Source: a virus (lineage: Duplodnaviria > Caudoviricetes). From it: a stretch of DNA of 62,239 nucleotides. Location of the stretch: positions 1-62,239 of IMG/VR virus record IMGVR_UViG_3300030202_000729. One strand, given 5' to 3'. This document shows, piece after piece, positions 20,109-30,156 of the stretch. Under the pieces are notes generated by a model. That model did not search any database. It saw only the letters and a program-made list of their open reading frames with translations, and was not told where the DNA came from. The position numbers and the translations under genes are program-made. How positions within the stretch are numbered: the first letter of the stretch is position 1; each line of letters starts with the position of its first letter.

Positions 20109-23100
20109 TATCGTAATGATTGTCGGAACTTGGTACCCGCAGCATACAAATATAACAAATTTGTGCTAGAGTTGTCGTTACTAAGTCTTACACCCAGGTA
20201 GTGATCAACAAAACGTCGTCTTTCGTGCCATAGTTTTTCAGTGTCTACGTACGCACTATTCACTACTCCTTCAGATGTAAACATAGGCTCAGTCTCAGAA
20301 GTAGTTACTATTTCTTGAGTTATCTGGCCAACCACGTTGGGAGTCCCTGTGTTTATGTAGCTGTTCGTAACAGCTGCTGTTCTAGAGAAATCTCTGAATG
20401 AGTTAATATACCAAAATTTATCTACAAGTCTGGCATTACTCAAATAATTAATATTTGTTTTAGTACTTGATATTTGAGTACTGTTGTACGTATAAAAGGA
20501 TGTGAAACCAGGTATAGTTCTTGTTTCATATTCTGTTACATACGTACCATCTTTCTTTACTACATCTGCCCAGTATGCAATACTGCTAAACACTTTGGAG
20601 TTAGCTGCGGCAGAGTTGTCTATAAATTCAAACTCGAATGGGTATGTTGTTCCGTAGAAACTACCAGGAGCTGCATTGTTGCTATGCTCCCACATTGTTG
20701 TAGTATCAAAGCTGTAGAAGTTTTCTGGAGTACTTGCATACATCTTAGGCAAGTAACTGTGTCTACTGCCCCAAGTTTCTAGTTCGGGGTAATAAGACAG
20801 TGTCCATCCTCCAGGAACAAAGTAATCTGAGTTATCAAAAGATGCAATGTCAACAGGATTACCAGCAGAGTCGTATATTACAAATACTAGAACTCCTGTG
20901 TAAATAACATCCTCAGCTGTAAAGTTATCTTGCAAAAACTCTTTATCTGGTCTAACGGTTTGTACAAGACCATCACTGACATAGGACAAGAATAAATCTG
21001 TAGGCAGCATCTCCTTCTTAGTCACAAGGATTCGTTTGTACTTAGGGTCATAACCTGAAGTAAATCCAAACGGGGTATCAGAGGTTGGTGCATCTAGCTG
21101 TATGTTAGTGTCCTCTAGATTAATTCCATACTGCTCTACTTGGTAAGGCATGTTTTCCCTGAACCAAGACTCCATTCCCATAGATATCTCCTTAACTCCT
21201 CCTTGGAACATGTAGCATTTAAAGTCTCTTTGAGAGACCCAGAACCTACCAAATGGAGTGCTAATACCAGACAAGATAGATTTAGTTCCACCATGCCCAA
21301 GAGCTGTTTCTAGAGCTTCTCCTGGATCTTGCGTAAAGATATTACCGCTACCCACAAATGCTGTAGCAGCACTAATCTGCAACTCTTCTTTACCTCTTGT
21401 CATAAACAGAGATCGTTCTGTGTGAAGAATCAACTGACCATTCTGCGTGTATATATCCCAGATATCTCCTCTGTTCTTAGGTATATCTCTGAAATCATTT
21501 GCCAAGAACTCTCTATACTTATCTCCAATGAACAGCCCAGTAGGCTTAGATCTTATTACTCTTGTAGCAAACTCGTATATGTTTTCATCTCCAGGCTTTC
21601 TCTTAGGATAAGCTCTAGCTACTTTCTTTTCATTTAGAAGAGAGTAATCATCATTGTATAGCAAGTTGTCTTGCTCTGTATGATCATTAGTAGGTGGATC
21701 AAAAAGAACTTCACTTGCTGTATCCCTGTCAAAGTATTTAACATCCACACCTTTCTCCTTGTCTTCCCCGTGTCTAAATCCAATGTTTATATCAGACTCA
21801 CAAAGGAATGAAAAAACTGTGCTTACTGGATCTACTGTTCCCTGCACAAAGTTATCACCGTTATCCAACAAAGACCGAGTAACTTTATTTCTGTCACCGG
21901 AAGTATTTACTACGTCTAGGTTCGCATTCTGATTACTAGATGTACCCCCAAACCACACGTTCATGTCGTTGGTTTTACCCCACCTTCCAGATGACAATGA
22001 TTGCTTGGTATTTCTTTCGTTAGGAATATCTCCCTGGAATCTTCTTCTAGTACCTTCTGCTAGATGGAAAGCATTCTTATTTTTAATACCACCACTTCCA
22101 GAAGTAGTAAGATCCCCCCCTAAACTAGCGCCATGTTCATTTCCTGGATCTCCTAGACCTGTAGATCCCCTAAAGAAGGTATGACCATAGCCTTGAGAAG
22201 TAGTTCTAAATCCATACCTAGTTATAAATGTATCACCTCCAAAGACAAATCCACTAGTGGCTGTACCATCATAGTAGTTATTAGTGTCTGGATTTGACAT
22301 ATCGTTAGAATCTAAATCAGTTACTATACCAGTATCTAGATCTACACTTTCTATTTCTTTGTAGTATCCTGTCCACACCAACTCTTGCCTATCTAATGGG
22401 TTAAATACATCTGTTTTTATTGCATTGATATTAACCATCCAAGACATAGGCAGGCCGTGGAATTGGTTATTAGGTTCTAGTCCATACCTAAGTCCTCTAA
22501 ACGCTTCAGCTGTAGCTGTATTAAGAGTATTTGGGAAGTTATCTACTGAATTTGCCTCTGCAAAGATATGAGAAGGTATTGTTGTTGTAGGTATTTTAGG
22601 GGCGTCTGGGAATAAGTAGTGATTATCCTCACTCCATTGTACTATGTCTTTTGAAAGCTTCTCCCAATTATCTTGGCTCATACCCTGCAAGAACCCATAA
22701 TCACCCCCGTCTGTATTGGATATGGATGCACGTACACCTTTAAGGTGAGGCAACCCACTAACCAATCCAATAGCTAATGAAGATTCTCCTCCTCTGTTAT
22801 AAAGGATAGAAGCTCCTTGGAAAGAAGAAGAGTCTGGGACTGTGTTGTTTACTTTACCACGTACGTATTTTTTACTGCCTGGATCAATTGCATACATCCA
22901 GAAGTTTTCACGTTGATAGTCACCTCCACTCCATGTCCAATCTCCTCTTATTGAAGTAAAAGAAAAAGAAGAAGCACCATCCCCAAACGCAGAGCCTTTA
23001 GTGCTGCCTCCTTTTATAACAGAAGGAGCTCCCATAGCAACTCCCGGAGGTAGATATCCAGAAGCTATGTTGACTTGGCCTTTAAAAGCTCTAACCATGA

Positions 23101-25990
23101 ACTCGTTGGCTCTAACATCGTTCGAATTATCTGCTATCTTTCTCTGCGAACCCCTCTTTCTTTTATTATCAGTTGCCTCAGTCTGACTAGAAAATCCATA
23201 AGGATTTGTTATATCCTCTGTCTGATCTATTACTTGATCTGTAATGTCATAGACTTCTCCATCTACATTAAAATTAGTAGTATTGCCAAGATCAGGATGT
23301 ACCCAACCTAATGAAGGGAAAGCTGTAACCCTAGTAGCAGTTCCATACTGTTTTCCTGAATCATACAGATTGCTGTTGTCTCCAAACAAACTATTTGTTC
23401 CATCTAAGTCTGCAGTCTTAGCATAAACGCCTGGCCCTCCTTGAAATGCTCTATAGAAAGTAGCATATTGACACGTTATGTGTGTAGCTGCTGTAAGGTC
23501 TGGCTTGTCTCTTAGTAGTTGGAAATCGTGAAATGTAAACACGGGGTCACCAACATATAAACCGTCTGCGGCTGAACCAGCTTGAGTATCTCTATATTCT
23601 TTTGCAGAGCTATAGACAGACATATGGTTGTCATCTGTATGAGTCAGCCCTCCATACAAGTAAAACCCATTCTTATAAGGGCCTTGCTTAGCAATCAACC
23701 TACTTTGTACATCTACAGATGCATATCTAGGTTGAGCAGGAATAGCCATACTTTGTCCGAGTATAGTCTTATCCTCTTGTTTTCTCTTAGCGTAGTACAC
23801 CTTATACCCCCTAACTTGAGATAGTATGGTTTTTGGTATACGAATATTATCTAACCTTACACCTAGAATTCTAGCCTTATCTCTGTTGACTATGTCCCTA
23901 GTTCGATAATCAGCCTGCAAGCCAGGTTTCTCTAGATCTGACCCCCCATCTTCTAGTGGGTTATCAATTAAATCTTGATTGCCTTTAAAACTATTATAAC
24001 CACTCCCGTCAGTCATTTCATCTGCAGTCTCCACAAAACTAAACTCACCTAGGTTAGATGGCATTTTATGGTGTCTAACATTTTGACCTCTAAGATCCTC
24101 TGTCGCACTTGTCTCACTTCCACTGGTAGAAACCCCTTCTGAATGAAAAACAGATTTATTTTTAAAGTCAAGATTAAACGGGTACTTTTCATTTTCGTTT
24201 TCCCAATACCCCATCTTACCTCCTGACAATGATTGCACCAATGGAGATAAGGATGTGTCTGCAAATTGATACACCTTAACTCCAGGACCATATATACCTG
24301 CAAGTTCAGAAGGATATGCTCCTTCAAATGCTCCCTCTATTCGTTGCCATTGCGAAGCATTGTTATTTATTGTAGCGTCTTCGCATATCTCAGTATCAAG
24401 ATCCGCTCGTCCAGAAACTCTAGCACCAAAGTCTGGACACACTGGAGCTCTACCAGGTATGTGGTAAGCGAATGTCTCAGACCCATCTTTGAGTATAAAC
24501 GAGATGTAAAAGGCATATACCTCCCCTCTTCTATAAGACTTGTGTTTCCAATTTAGTCTATAGTTTTTATGCCCCCTAGAAACTTTACCCCCAAGGTTGT
24601 AGTCATCTTGAAAAGAGCCTGAATCTGCTATAAAATCAGCTGAGGTTCCTAAGAGGGCATTACTAGTTTGGTGAACAAGGTGCTCTCTTAGTTGCTCAAA
24701 GAACGTTCGTCGTATAACTCCTTCAACTACACTAGCATCTTGTCTTGCTCCGTCGTTGTATGTTTCTATAGTGAAAGTTTGTTTTCTTGCATAAGTTTGA
24801 CCAATGGTTTTACCAAAAGCTTGAAGCATAGCTGCATATCCCTGGTTTAGAGAGTTTATGTTAAAAACTCGGTTGTCAAACTTAAGTACGGCTTTTTGGA
24901 TAGGCTCAATCTTAATCTCATTGGCAAACCTCTGATATCCTATATCCTTACGGCTACGTAGGTTAGCTAGGTATAGTCTATTGTCTAGCTGCGATAATGA
25001 TTTAGCTGTATCATACTTTACCTTATCTATCAAGATGTCCTCTACTGCAGCAGGAGTTGCATCTTCTAGTCCTGTATAGCTTACCTGTATTACACCACCA
25101 TTTGCAGTAAGTCTCTTAGTCCTTTCTAACTTTACGGCAGTAGTAGATCCTCCAACAGTCTTTATGATTGCAGGTTGTAGAAATGTATAGTTGTTATTTG
25201 TAAAACACTGTACATCGAATACAATAGATTTATTGGTAGGTGTACCAGCAGGTGCTCCTGTAACGGAGTCTACAGGCAACGCTTCCTCAAACTGGGGAAC
25301 TATGTACACTGCATTAGATACTACAAAGTAGTCAGTTTCTAGGAAGTTTTCATCTGAGTAAGCCAGTGCTAGTTGATATGCTCCTGTAGGCAACGCACCA
25401 CCTGCTTTTATATTTACCTGACTTATAATAGAATGTCTCCCAACCTCAGGAAATACATTCAACTTGTTTACATCAAAACTAAAGTCTGCATCGTACAGAA
25501 TCTCACTGTTGCCTTGAGTCTCTATGTGATCTACTTGTCTACTAACATTAAATGCTCTAGGAGGATTAAACGTAGGACCAGCTGCAATACTTTGAGCAAC
25601 AGAGGGTTCTGGTTGTATATGGTAGTTGTCTGTGAAGTATACTATAGTATCGTTCTTGGCATCTACACGAAACTCTCCTGTTATGGGGTACTCTTTTTGA
25701 AAGTTCATTGCAGCATTCCTGTATAGGACCTGCATAACATTACGTTTTGTAAATACCAAAATAATAGTAGACACATCAGCTACTAGAGCAAAAAGGAGTA
25801 TTTGGTTATCCAATAGGGTGATAGAACCAATTACGTCCATACCCACTCCCCCAATCATGCTGTTACCTTCTTCATTGGTAATAGCTCCCTTAGTATAGTA
25901 CAAGTTTGCATTCAATGCATCCCTGTAAGTATTGGGCGGCTGATCGACTCTACCAGAGTCCTTATGCATTCCTTTTACAAACTTCTTCAT
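20108..25990 (-). CDS. muzzle / tail stabilization protein (P22 gp10-like, crAss type)
   Basis: 1960 aa; N-terminal FVKGMHKD..DQPPNTYRDALNA and C-terminal GYDPKYKRIL..WTLSY..WGSRHSY motifs typical of crAss muzzle proteins; follows a ring gene. Confidence 0.8.
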   Translation of the reverse strand: MKKFVKGMHKDSGRVDQPPNTYRDALNANLYYTKGAITNEEGNSMIGGVGMDVIGSITLLDNQILLFALVADVSTIILVFTKRNVMQVLYRNAAMNFQKEYPITGEFRVDAKNDTIVYFTDNYHIQPEPSVAQSIAAGPTFNPPRAFNVSRQVDHIETQGNSEILYDADFSFDVNKLNVFPEVGRHSIISQVNIKAGGALPTGAYQLALAYSDENFLETDYFVVSNAVYIVPQFEEALPVDSVTGAPAGTPTNKSIVFDVQCFTNNNYTFLQPAIIKTVGGSTTAVKLERTKRLTANGGVIQVSYTGLEDATPAAVEDILIDKVKYDTAKSLSQLDNRLYLANLRSRKDIGYQRFANEIKIEPIQKAVLKFDNRVFNINSLNQGYAAMLQAFGKTIGQTYARKQTFTIETYNDGARQDASVVEGVIRRTFFEQLREHLVHQTSNALLGTSADFIADSGSFQDDYNLGGKVSRGHKNYRLNWKHKSYRRGEVYAFYISFILKDGSETFAYHIPGRAPVCPDFGARVSGRADLDTEICEDATINNNASQWQRIEGAFEGAYPSELAGIYGPGVKVYQFADTSLSPLVQSLSGGKMGYWENENEKYPFNLDFKNKSVFHSEGVSTSGSETSATEDLRGQNVRHHKMPSNLGEFSFVETADEMTDGSGYNSFKGNQDLIDNPLEDGGSDLEKPGLQADYRTRDIVNRDKARILGVRLDNIRIPKTILSQVRGYKVYYAKRKQEDKTILGQSMAIPAQPRYASVDVQSRLIAKQGPYKNGFYLYGGLTHTDDNHMSVYSSAKEYRDTQAGSAADGLYVGDPVFTFHDFQLLRDKPDLTAATHITCQYATFYRAFQGGPGVYAKTADLDGTNSLFGDNSNLYDSGKQYGTATRVTAFPSLGWVHPDLGNTTNFNVDGEVYDITDQVIDQTEDITNPYGFSSQTEATDNKRKRGSQRKIADNSNDVRANEFMVRAFKGQVNIASGYLPPGVAMGAPSVIKGGSTKGSAFGDGASSFSFTSIRGDWTWSGGDYQRENFWMYAIDPGSKKYVRGKVNNTVPDSSSFQGASILYNRGGESSLAIGLVSGLPHLKGVRASISNTDGGDYGFLQGMSQDNWEKLSKDIVQWSEDNHYLFPDAPKIPTTTIPSHIFAEANSVDNFPNTLNTATAEAFRGLRYGLEPNNQFHGLPMSWMVNINAIKTDVFNPLDRQELVWTGYYKEIESVDLDTGIVTDLDSNDMSNPDTNNYYDGTATSGFVFGGDTFITRYGFRTTSQGYGHTFFRGSTGLGDPGNEHGASLGGDLTTSGSGGIKNKNAFHLAEGTRRRFQGDIPNERNTKQSLSSGRWGKTNDMNVWFGGTSSNQNANLDVVNTSGDRNKVTRSLLDNGDNFVQGTVDPVSTVFSFLCESDINIGFRHGEDKEKGVDVKYFDRDTASEVLFDPPTNDHTEQDNLLYNDDYSLLNEKKVARAYPKRKPGDENIYEFATRVIRSKPTGLFIGDKYREFLANDFRDIPKNRGDIWDIYTQNGQLILHTERSLFMTRGKEELQISAATAFVGSGNIFTQDPGEALETALGHGGTKSILSGISTPFGRFWVSQRDFKCYMFQGGVKEISMGMESWFRENMPYQVEQYGINLEDTNIQLDAPTSDTPFGFTSGYDPKYKRILVTKKEMLPTDLFLSYVSDGLVQTVRPDKEFLQDNFTAEDVIYTGVLVFVIYDSAGNPVDIASFDNSDYFVPGGWTLSYYPELETWGSRHSYLPKMYASTPENFYSFDTTTMWEHSNNAAPGSFYGTTYPFEFEFIDNSAAANSKVFSSIAYWADVVKKDGTYVTEYETRTIPGFTSFYTYNSTQISSTKTNINYLSNARLVDKFWYINSFRDFSRTAAVTNSYINTGTPNVVGQITQEIVTTSETEPMFTSEGVVNSAYVDTEKLWHERRRFVDHYLGVRLSNDNSSTNLLYLYAAGTKFRQSLR
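20147..20154 (-). promoter_or_regulatory. Bacteroidota -7 promoter element (TATATTTG)
   Basis: TAnnTTTG match ~40 nt upstream of the cargo gene start at 20108. Confidence 0.45.
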
Positions 25991-26988
25991 AGGATGTCAG
26001 TCTTTGTGTTCATAGTAGCAAAGTTTGGAGCTCTGTCAAGACTTTCTCTTTCTGCAAGATTCTCAAACCCATTTGCGTATCTATTGATATTGGGTACAAG
26101 CCTAACCCATTGATTCATCCAGTTCTCCATTCTTTCAATGTCTGGGTACACAGCTGCATTACGTGCTTGTGTGCAGTAGTACTTCCACTTGTTGTCAGCA
26201 AAGTCATATGCAATACCATTAGTAGTCTGCATACCTCCAAGCAACATCTTCTTGTATATGTACCAGAACATAGCTTCTTTGTAGCTAATGTCGTCTGGCA
26301 CTAGCGGGAAGCAATCTGCGTCTGTAGGCATAGCCTTGTAAGACAGACATACTTTACCCTCTGCAAATGAAGTCTTGATTCTATCTGCTTCTACCAAGTA
26401 GCACTCTGATGAAGCATGGTAATTCTGTGTACAGTCTTCACAGTGTATTGCCTCTGGAAAATTACCTGTGCAATATCTAAGTGGCTGCAGGTTACCTGTG
26501 CTAGGAGACATGTATTGATTGTACAACACGTAGGAGTTTGCTAACAACTTGTTAAGCGTTTGGTCTGAGGTCTTATTCAACGTATCGAGATCAACCAAAG
26601 TCGCCTTAGCCAATGAGCTACTTATAGTACCATCTGCAAGTTTATTAAGTGTAGCAGAGATAAAATCCTTACTAAACTTGTACGTGCTAGACAGATCTTG
26701 AATATCTTTATTGACTTGATTTATCTGACTAGACACACTAACAGCATCTTGTGACTCATTTATAGACACCTGATTAATGTAGTATAGATCTGCAGGCAAA
26801 GGTCCTTTATGGTCCTTAATGTCAACTATACACGTTCTAGACTCTAGCTGTGCACTAGCCCCTATATGTTCAAGAGCTTCACCAATCCATTCTATTCCGT
26901 CATCAAGCCAGTCAGCGCCCTCAGGATTGAGGTCACGCATAACCTTTCTTAGTATTACTTGTGCGGATGTTGTTTTATATATTGCCAT
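25987..26988 (-). CDS. tail ring / tubular protein (P22 gp4-like)
   Basis: 333 aa; IEWIGEALEHIG and SYKAMPTD..FPLVPDD..EAMFWYI motifs; directly upstream of the muzzle. Confidence 0.75.
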   Translation of the reverse strand: MAIYKTTSAQVILRKVMRDLNPEGADWLDDGIEWIGEALEHIGASAQLESRTCIVDIKDHKGPLPADLYYINQVSINESQDAVSVSSQINQVNKDIQDLSSTYKFSKDFISATLNKLADGTISSSLAKATLVDLDTLNKTSDQTLNKLLANSYVLYNQYMSPSTGNLQPLRYCTGNFPEAIHCEDCTQNYHASSECYLVEADRIKTSFAEGKVCLSYKAMPTDADCFPLVPDDISYKEAMFWYIYKKMLLGGMQTTNGIAYDFADNKWKYYCTQARNAAVYPDIERMENWMNQWVRLVPNINRYANGFENLAERESLDRAPNFATMNTKTDIL

Positions 26989-27457
26989 GCTTCTTAAATC
27001 TTAGGTATGCTAGCTCATCTTCTTTGAGCAGCTTGGTTAGCTTCTCTTTGTTCCCCTTTATGCCTCTGGTGGGGGTAAACCTATAGGCAGTCTTATTAGG
27101 TATTCTACACTTAGACTTCTGCCAATAGTACTTACAATACCAAGGATCTGTGTAGTAAATAAACCACTTAGATCCTTTTCCAGTCTCAACGTCATATAAG
27201 TCCTCACCTTGAGCTATAAGCTCTTGTTTGTACTTATTACTTTCCCACCAATCAATAGTGGGCTTTGTAGGATTTCTTTCTATTCTGTGTATAGACACAG
27301 ACGAAAGATTGTTTCCCATCTTAAACTCCTTGCCCTCTAACATTTCTTCAACCACTAACATGTTGAATTCCTCACAGAGCTGTTTGAATAAACTAGACTC
27401 TATGGGGTCTTCAACATGTTCTTTGTAGTCTTTATAAATGTTCTTAAGTGTATGCAC
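26975..27457 (-). CDS. crAss-type IHF-like DNA-binding protein
   Basis: 160 aa, GTG start; conserved position upstream of the ring gene; IDWWES..K motif. Confidence 0.6.
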   Translation of the reverse strand: MHTLKNIYKDYKEHVEDPIESSLFKQLCEEFNMLVVEEMLEGKEFKMGNNLSSVSIHRIERNPTKPTIDWWESNKYKQELIAQGEDLYDVETGKGSKWFIYYTDPWYCKYYWQKSKCRIPNKTAYRFTPTRGIKGNKEKLTKLLKEDELAYLRFKKHGNI

Positions 27458-27625
27458 TTATTTCTTTTTACTCTTACCGTAGTTGTCGATACCAACTTTA
27501 CGACACTTTACAAGTCTACCAGAAGCGTAAGCTGAGGGCCATACTTTGGCAGACGCTTTTACTCTATGATAGCAAGCATCTTTTTTAGCACCTCCAGATT
27601 TATAGTCAAGTTTGGGATATTTCAT
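27458..27625 (-). CDS. small basic Cys-containing protein (WPSAYASG family seen in marine phages)
   Basis: 55 aa read manually: MKYPKLDYKSGGAKKDACYHRVKASAKVWPSAYASGRLVKCRKVGIDNYGKSKRK; fills the gap exactly. Confidence 0.75.
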   Translation of the reverse strand: MKYPKLDYKSGGAKKDACYHRVKASAKVWPSAYASGRLVKCRKVGIDNYGKSKKK

Positions 27626-27627
27626 GA

Positions 27628-29151
27628 TTATTTCTTTTTACGACCAGCTGCTCTCATTGTCTTCTTACCTCCATACATCTTCTTCTTTGCTTTCTTCTTA
27701 GGAGAGAAGCCGTATCTAGCTGCTGCACTTGCATCTGGTTGAGGTTGCTCTTGTCCTCCCATGGGGTTAGAGTTACCAAATGCTCCGCCCTTAAAGCCTT
27801 GCATAGCACCTTGGATACCACCGCCTCCCATAGCACCTTTAACAGCTCCAGCTGCTCTACCAAGCATTCCACCACCAAGTGCTCCTTTAGCAGCACCCAT
27901 GAGCTTCTTACCAAATCCTCCTTCAGCTCCTTTAGCTCCAGCAATAGCTCCTGCTATCTTTCCAAGTCCAAACTGAGCTTTCTTCTTATGGTCGTACCCT
28001 TTCTTCTTAAGACTTAGGTGCTTTTCATAAGTATTTGCTTTTATACCTTTCCCTGTCTTAGGGTCATACATCATATGAGGTTTAAAGTCTTTGGCACCTC
28101 CAGCTCTCTTGTAGCCCATCTTGTTACGGACATTAGTAGAAAGCTTACTCAAGCCCTTACCCTTGCTGCCTTCTGGTACGTCCTTAAGTCCACCAGCTGT
28201 CATTTTACGAGCATCTTTAAGCTTCTGCTTAGCGCTTTTAATTTTATCTCTTTTTACACCACGTGCAGCTTTCTTGTTTTGTCTTTTAGCCCTTCTATCT
28301 GGAGTGGCTGATGGTGCAGGAGTAGATTTTAAATCAGCAATCTTATCTTTTTCTCTTTGTACTCCTCCCATTCCTGATCCTGCTCCTGTATTAGCTCTAG
28401 GTGTAGATTTAGGTTTTGGAGCTGGTGCTGTCTTCTTAGTTTGAAGTCCAGGTCTTTTTACTCCTGAATCAACTGGTCCTGCTTTTTTTGCTTCAACCTT
28501 TTTCATAGATTCGTCTCGTCGTGGTCCTTTTCCATAAGCAGCATTAATTTGATTCTGGACACGATTGTACTCAGATGTACCTTTCTCCAGATTCTTTCTA
28601 CGGCTAATTAGTTTATCCAAATTAGGATTCTTCTTTTTAGCTTTTTCATAAGGACTCAGCTCCTTCTTTGCAGGTCCGGGCATATTACTAAGCTCATCAA
28701 GCTTTTGATTTACTTTTTTAGAATCAGTATTACTTCCGCTCTTCCCCGTTCTATTTGCTCCAGTACCTTGTGGGGTATTTTGCTTTTCTTCTCTAGATGG
28801 ACCTCTTCTGTCTGCTGTTGCTGCATCTTTACTTTTCTTTTGGTCCGCTTTAAATTTAGCTCGTTTTGTAGCTTGTAATGTATACGCACTATCTGCTTTC
28901 ATATATTCTGCAGATCCTTGTATTACAACTTTACCACTAGGAAGCATATATGCGGGTACACCTCCTTTACGAATTTTACCAATTAAGCCTGCTTTTTGTC
29001 CTGGAGTTTTCTTTCCAGCGTCTTGCATCTTTTTAGAAGGCCCACCAAACATGAGTTCTTTAGAGGGCTCCATGTAGCTGCCCCCCATACCCATTTTCTT
29101 TTTACCTGCGGCTCTCATGGTTTTTTTGCCGCCGTACATTTTCTTTTTCAT
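27628..29151 (-). CDS. Lys/Gly-rich modular basic protein
   Basis: 507 aa; KKKMYGGKKTMRAAG at both termini; DFKPHMMYDPKTG module. Confidence 0.75.
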   Translation of the reverse strand: MKKKMYGGKKTMRAAGKKKMGMGGSYMEPSKELMFGGPSKKMQDAGKKTPGQKAGLIGKIRKGGVPAYMLPSGKVVIQGSAEYMKADSAYTLQATKRAKFKADQKKSKDAATADRRGPSREEKQNTPQGTGANRTGKSGSNTDSKKVNQKLDELSNMPGPAKKELSPYEKAKKKNPNLDKLISRRKNLEKGTSEYNRVQNQINAAYGKGPRRDESMKKVEAKKAGPVDSGVKRPGLQTKKTAPAPKPKSTPRANTGAGSGMGGVQREKDKIADLKSTPAPSATPDRRAKRQNKKAARGVKRDKIKSAKQKLKDARKMTAGGLKDVPEGSKGKGLSKLSTNVRNKMGYKRAGGAKDFKPHMMYDPKTGKGIKANTYEKHLSLKKKGYDHKKKAQFGLGKIAGAIAGAKGAEGGFGKKLMGAAKGALGGGMLGRAAGAVKGAMGGGGIQGAMQGFKGGAFGNSNPMGGQEQPQPDASAAARYGFSPKKKAKKKMYGGKKTMRAAGRKKK

Positions 29152-29375
29152 GATTTTTTATTTTTCCAAGATACCCGTTTACTTGATTGTTTTTTACGCA
29201 TACCTGATCTGGTACATGCGCTGAGTGTTGGACGACAAGCCGGGTATCCCGTCTTCCTTTTCTCGGATGTAGATTTTCTACCACAGGGCACAAATTTACC
29301 AGCGGCTTTGGATGCTTTACAATCCACCCAGCCCCTTCCAGAGTTTTGTTTAAACCAACTGCGTAGGTTAGACAT
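29148..29375 (-). CDS. small basic Cys-containing protein
   Basis: likely start MSNLRSWFK at 29375 (TAATG overlap with upstream stop); WVDC..PCGR..YPACRP pattern. Confidence 0.7.
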   Translation of the reverse strand: MSNLRSWFKQNSGRGWVDCKASKAAGKFVPCGRKSTSEKRKTGYPACRPTLSACTRSGMRKKQSSKRVSWKNKKS

Positions 29376-29743
29376 TATCCTTTTGCCCAGTATCCATACT
29401 CTATGATACAAGAAGATGTATCAGCTCTTGCTTCTACCCCTGCCCCATCGTTTACAGGAAAGAATGCAAACTCTCCTGGACCAAGTCTAGCATACTGTAC
29501 ACTAGCAGTGGTTTGAAGAATGATAAAGTTAGTAGAGTCTAGATTCTTTGCATAAAAATAAAATACTCCGCTAACTGCCTCATCCAAAATTTCTTGGTTA
29601 TCAGAGGTTGTTATTGTTTCTCTTGAGAGTCCCTTTGAGGGTCCTGCTGCCGCAGTTGTAAGTATATCTGTAACAGATATGTTAAGTCTGTTTGACGAGA
29701 TGTCGGTTGATGACAGTGTCAAAGTTGCATTTAAAGTTGCCAT
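29375..29743 (-). CDS. small beta-rich putative virion accessory protein; paralog of 37967-38368
   Basis: 122 aa; YFYAKN..YARLGPGEFAFFP..IIEY aligns by eye with the 133-aa ORF. Confidence 0.6.
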   Translation of the reverse strand: MATLNATLTLSSTDISSNRLNISVTDILTTAAAGPSKGLSRETITTSDNQEILDEAVSGVFYFYAKNLDSTNFIILQTTASVQYARLGPGEFAFFPVNDGAGVEARADTSSCIIEYGYWAKG

Positions 29744-29778
29744 TTTCGGTCTTTTTAATTAATGTTATTATTGTGATG

Positions 29779-29786
29779 CAAAGGTA
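29779..29786 (-). promoter_or_regulatory. Bacteroidota -7 promoter element (TACCTTTG)
   Basis: TACCTTTGCA in an intergenic gap ~35 nt upstream of ATG 29743. Confidence 0.65.
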
Positions 29787-29790
29787 GTAA

Positions 29791-30156
29791 TTAAAATGAG
29801 CTCATTATAATTTCATCTACTACTTCTTGAACGTCTTTTTTTGTTGCTTCAAGCTGCATCATAATATTAGCTTGAAAACGTTCTACTTCTTCTCCTTCAT
29901 TAAATACAATAATAGTTGGAACTACAACTATCTTGTGTTCTATCTGCATGCTGGGGTCAGAAGCTATATCAATCCTACGAGCACTGCAATCACTTATCTT
30001 ATCGATCCATGCGACGCCGTTAGCAGCATTAAAGCTGGCATTGAATTCTACAACGCAGATTCCTGAATTATCAATTTCAGGGTCTTCTACCGGTACGGAT
30101 ATATATACTGCTGTAGACAGTAGAACCGTAGATAATATTGCTAGTGTTATTTTCAT
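29791..30156 (-). CDS. exported or membrane-anchored thioredoxin-fold protein lacking CxxC
   Basis: 121 aa; N-terminal hydrophobic segment; VVEFNASFN in place of VDFxAxWC; IVVVPTIIVFNEGEEVERF cis-Pro loop. Confidence 0.7.
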   Translation of the reverse strand: MKITLAILSTVLLSTAVYISVPVEDPEIDNSGICVVEFNASFNAANGVAWIDKISDCSARRIDIASDPSMQIEHKIVVVPTIIVFNEGEEVERFQANIMMQLEATKKDVQEVVDEIIMSSF

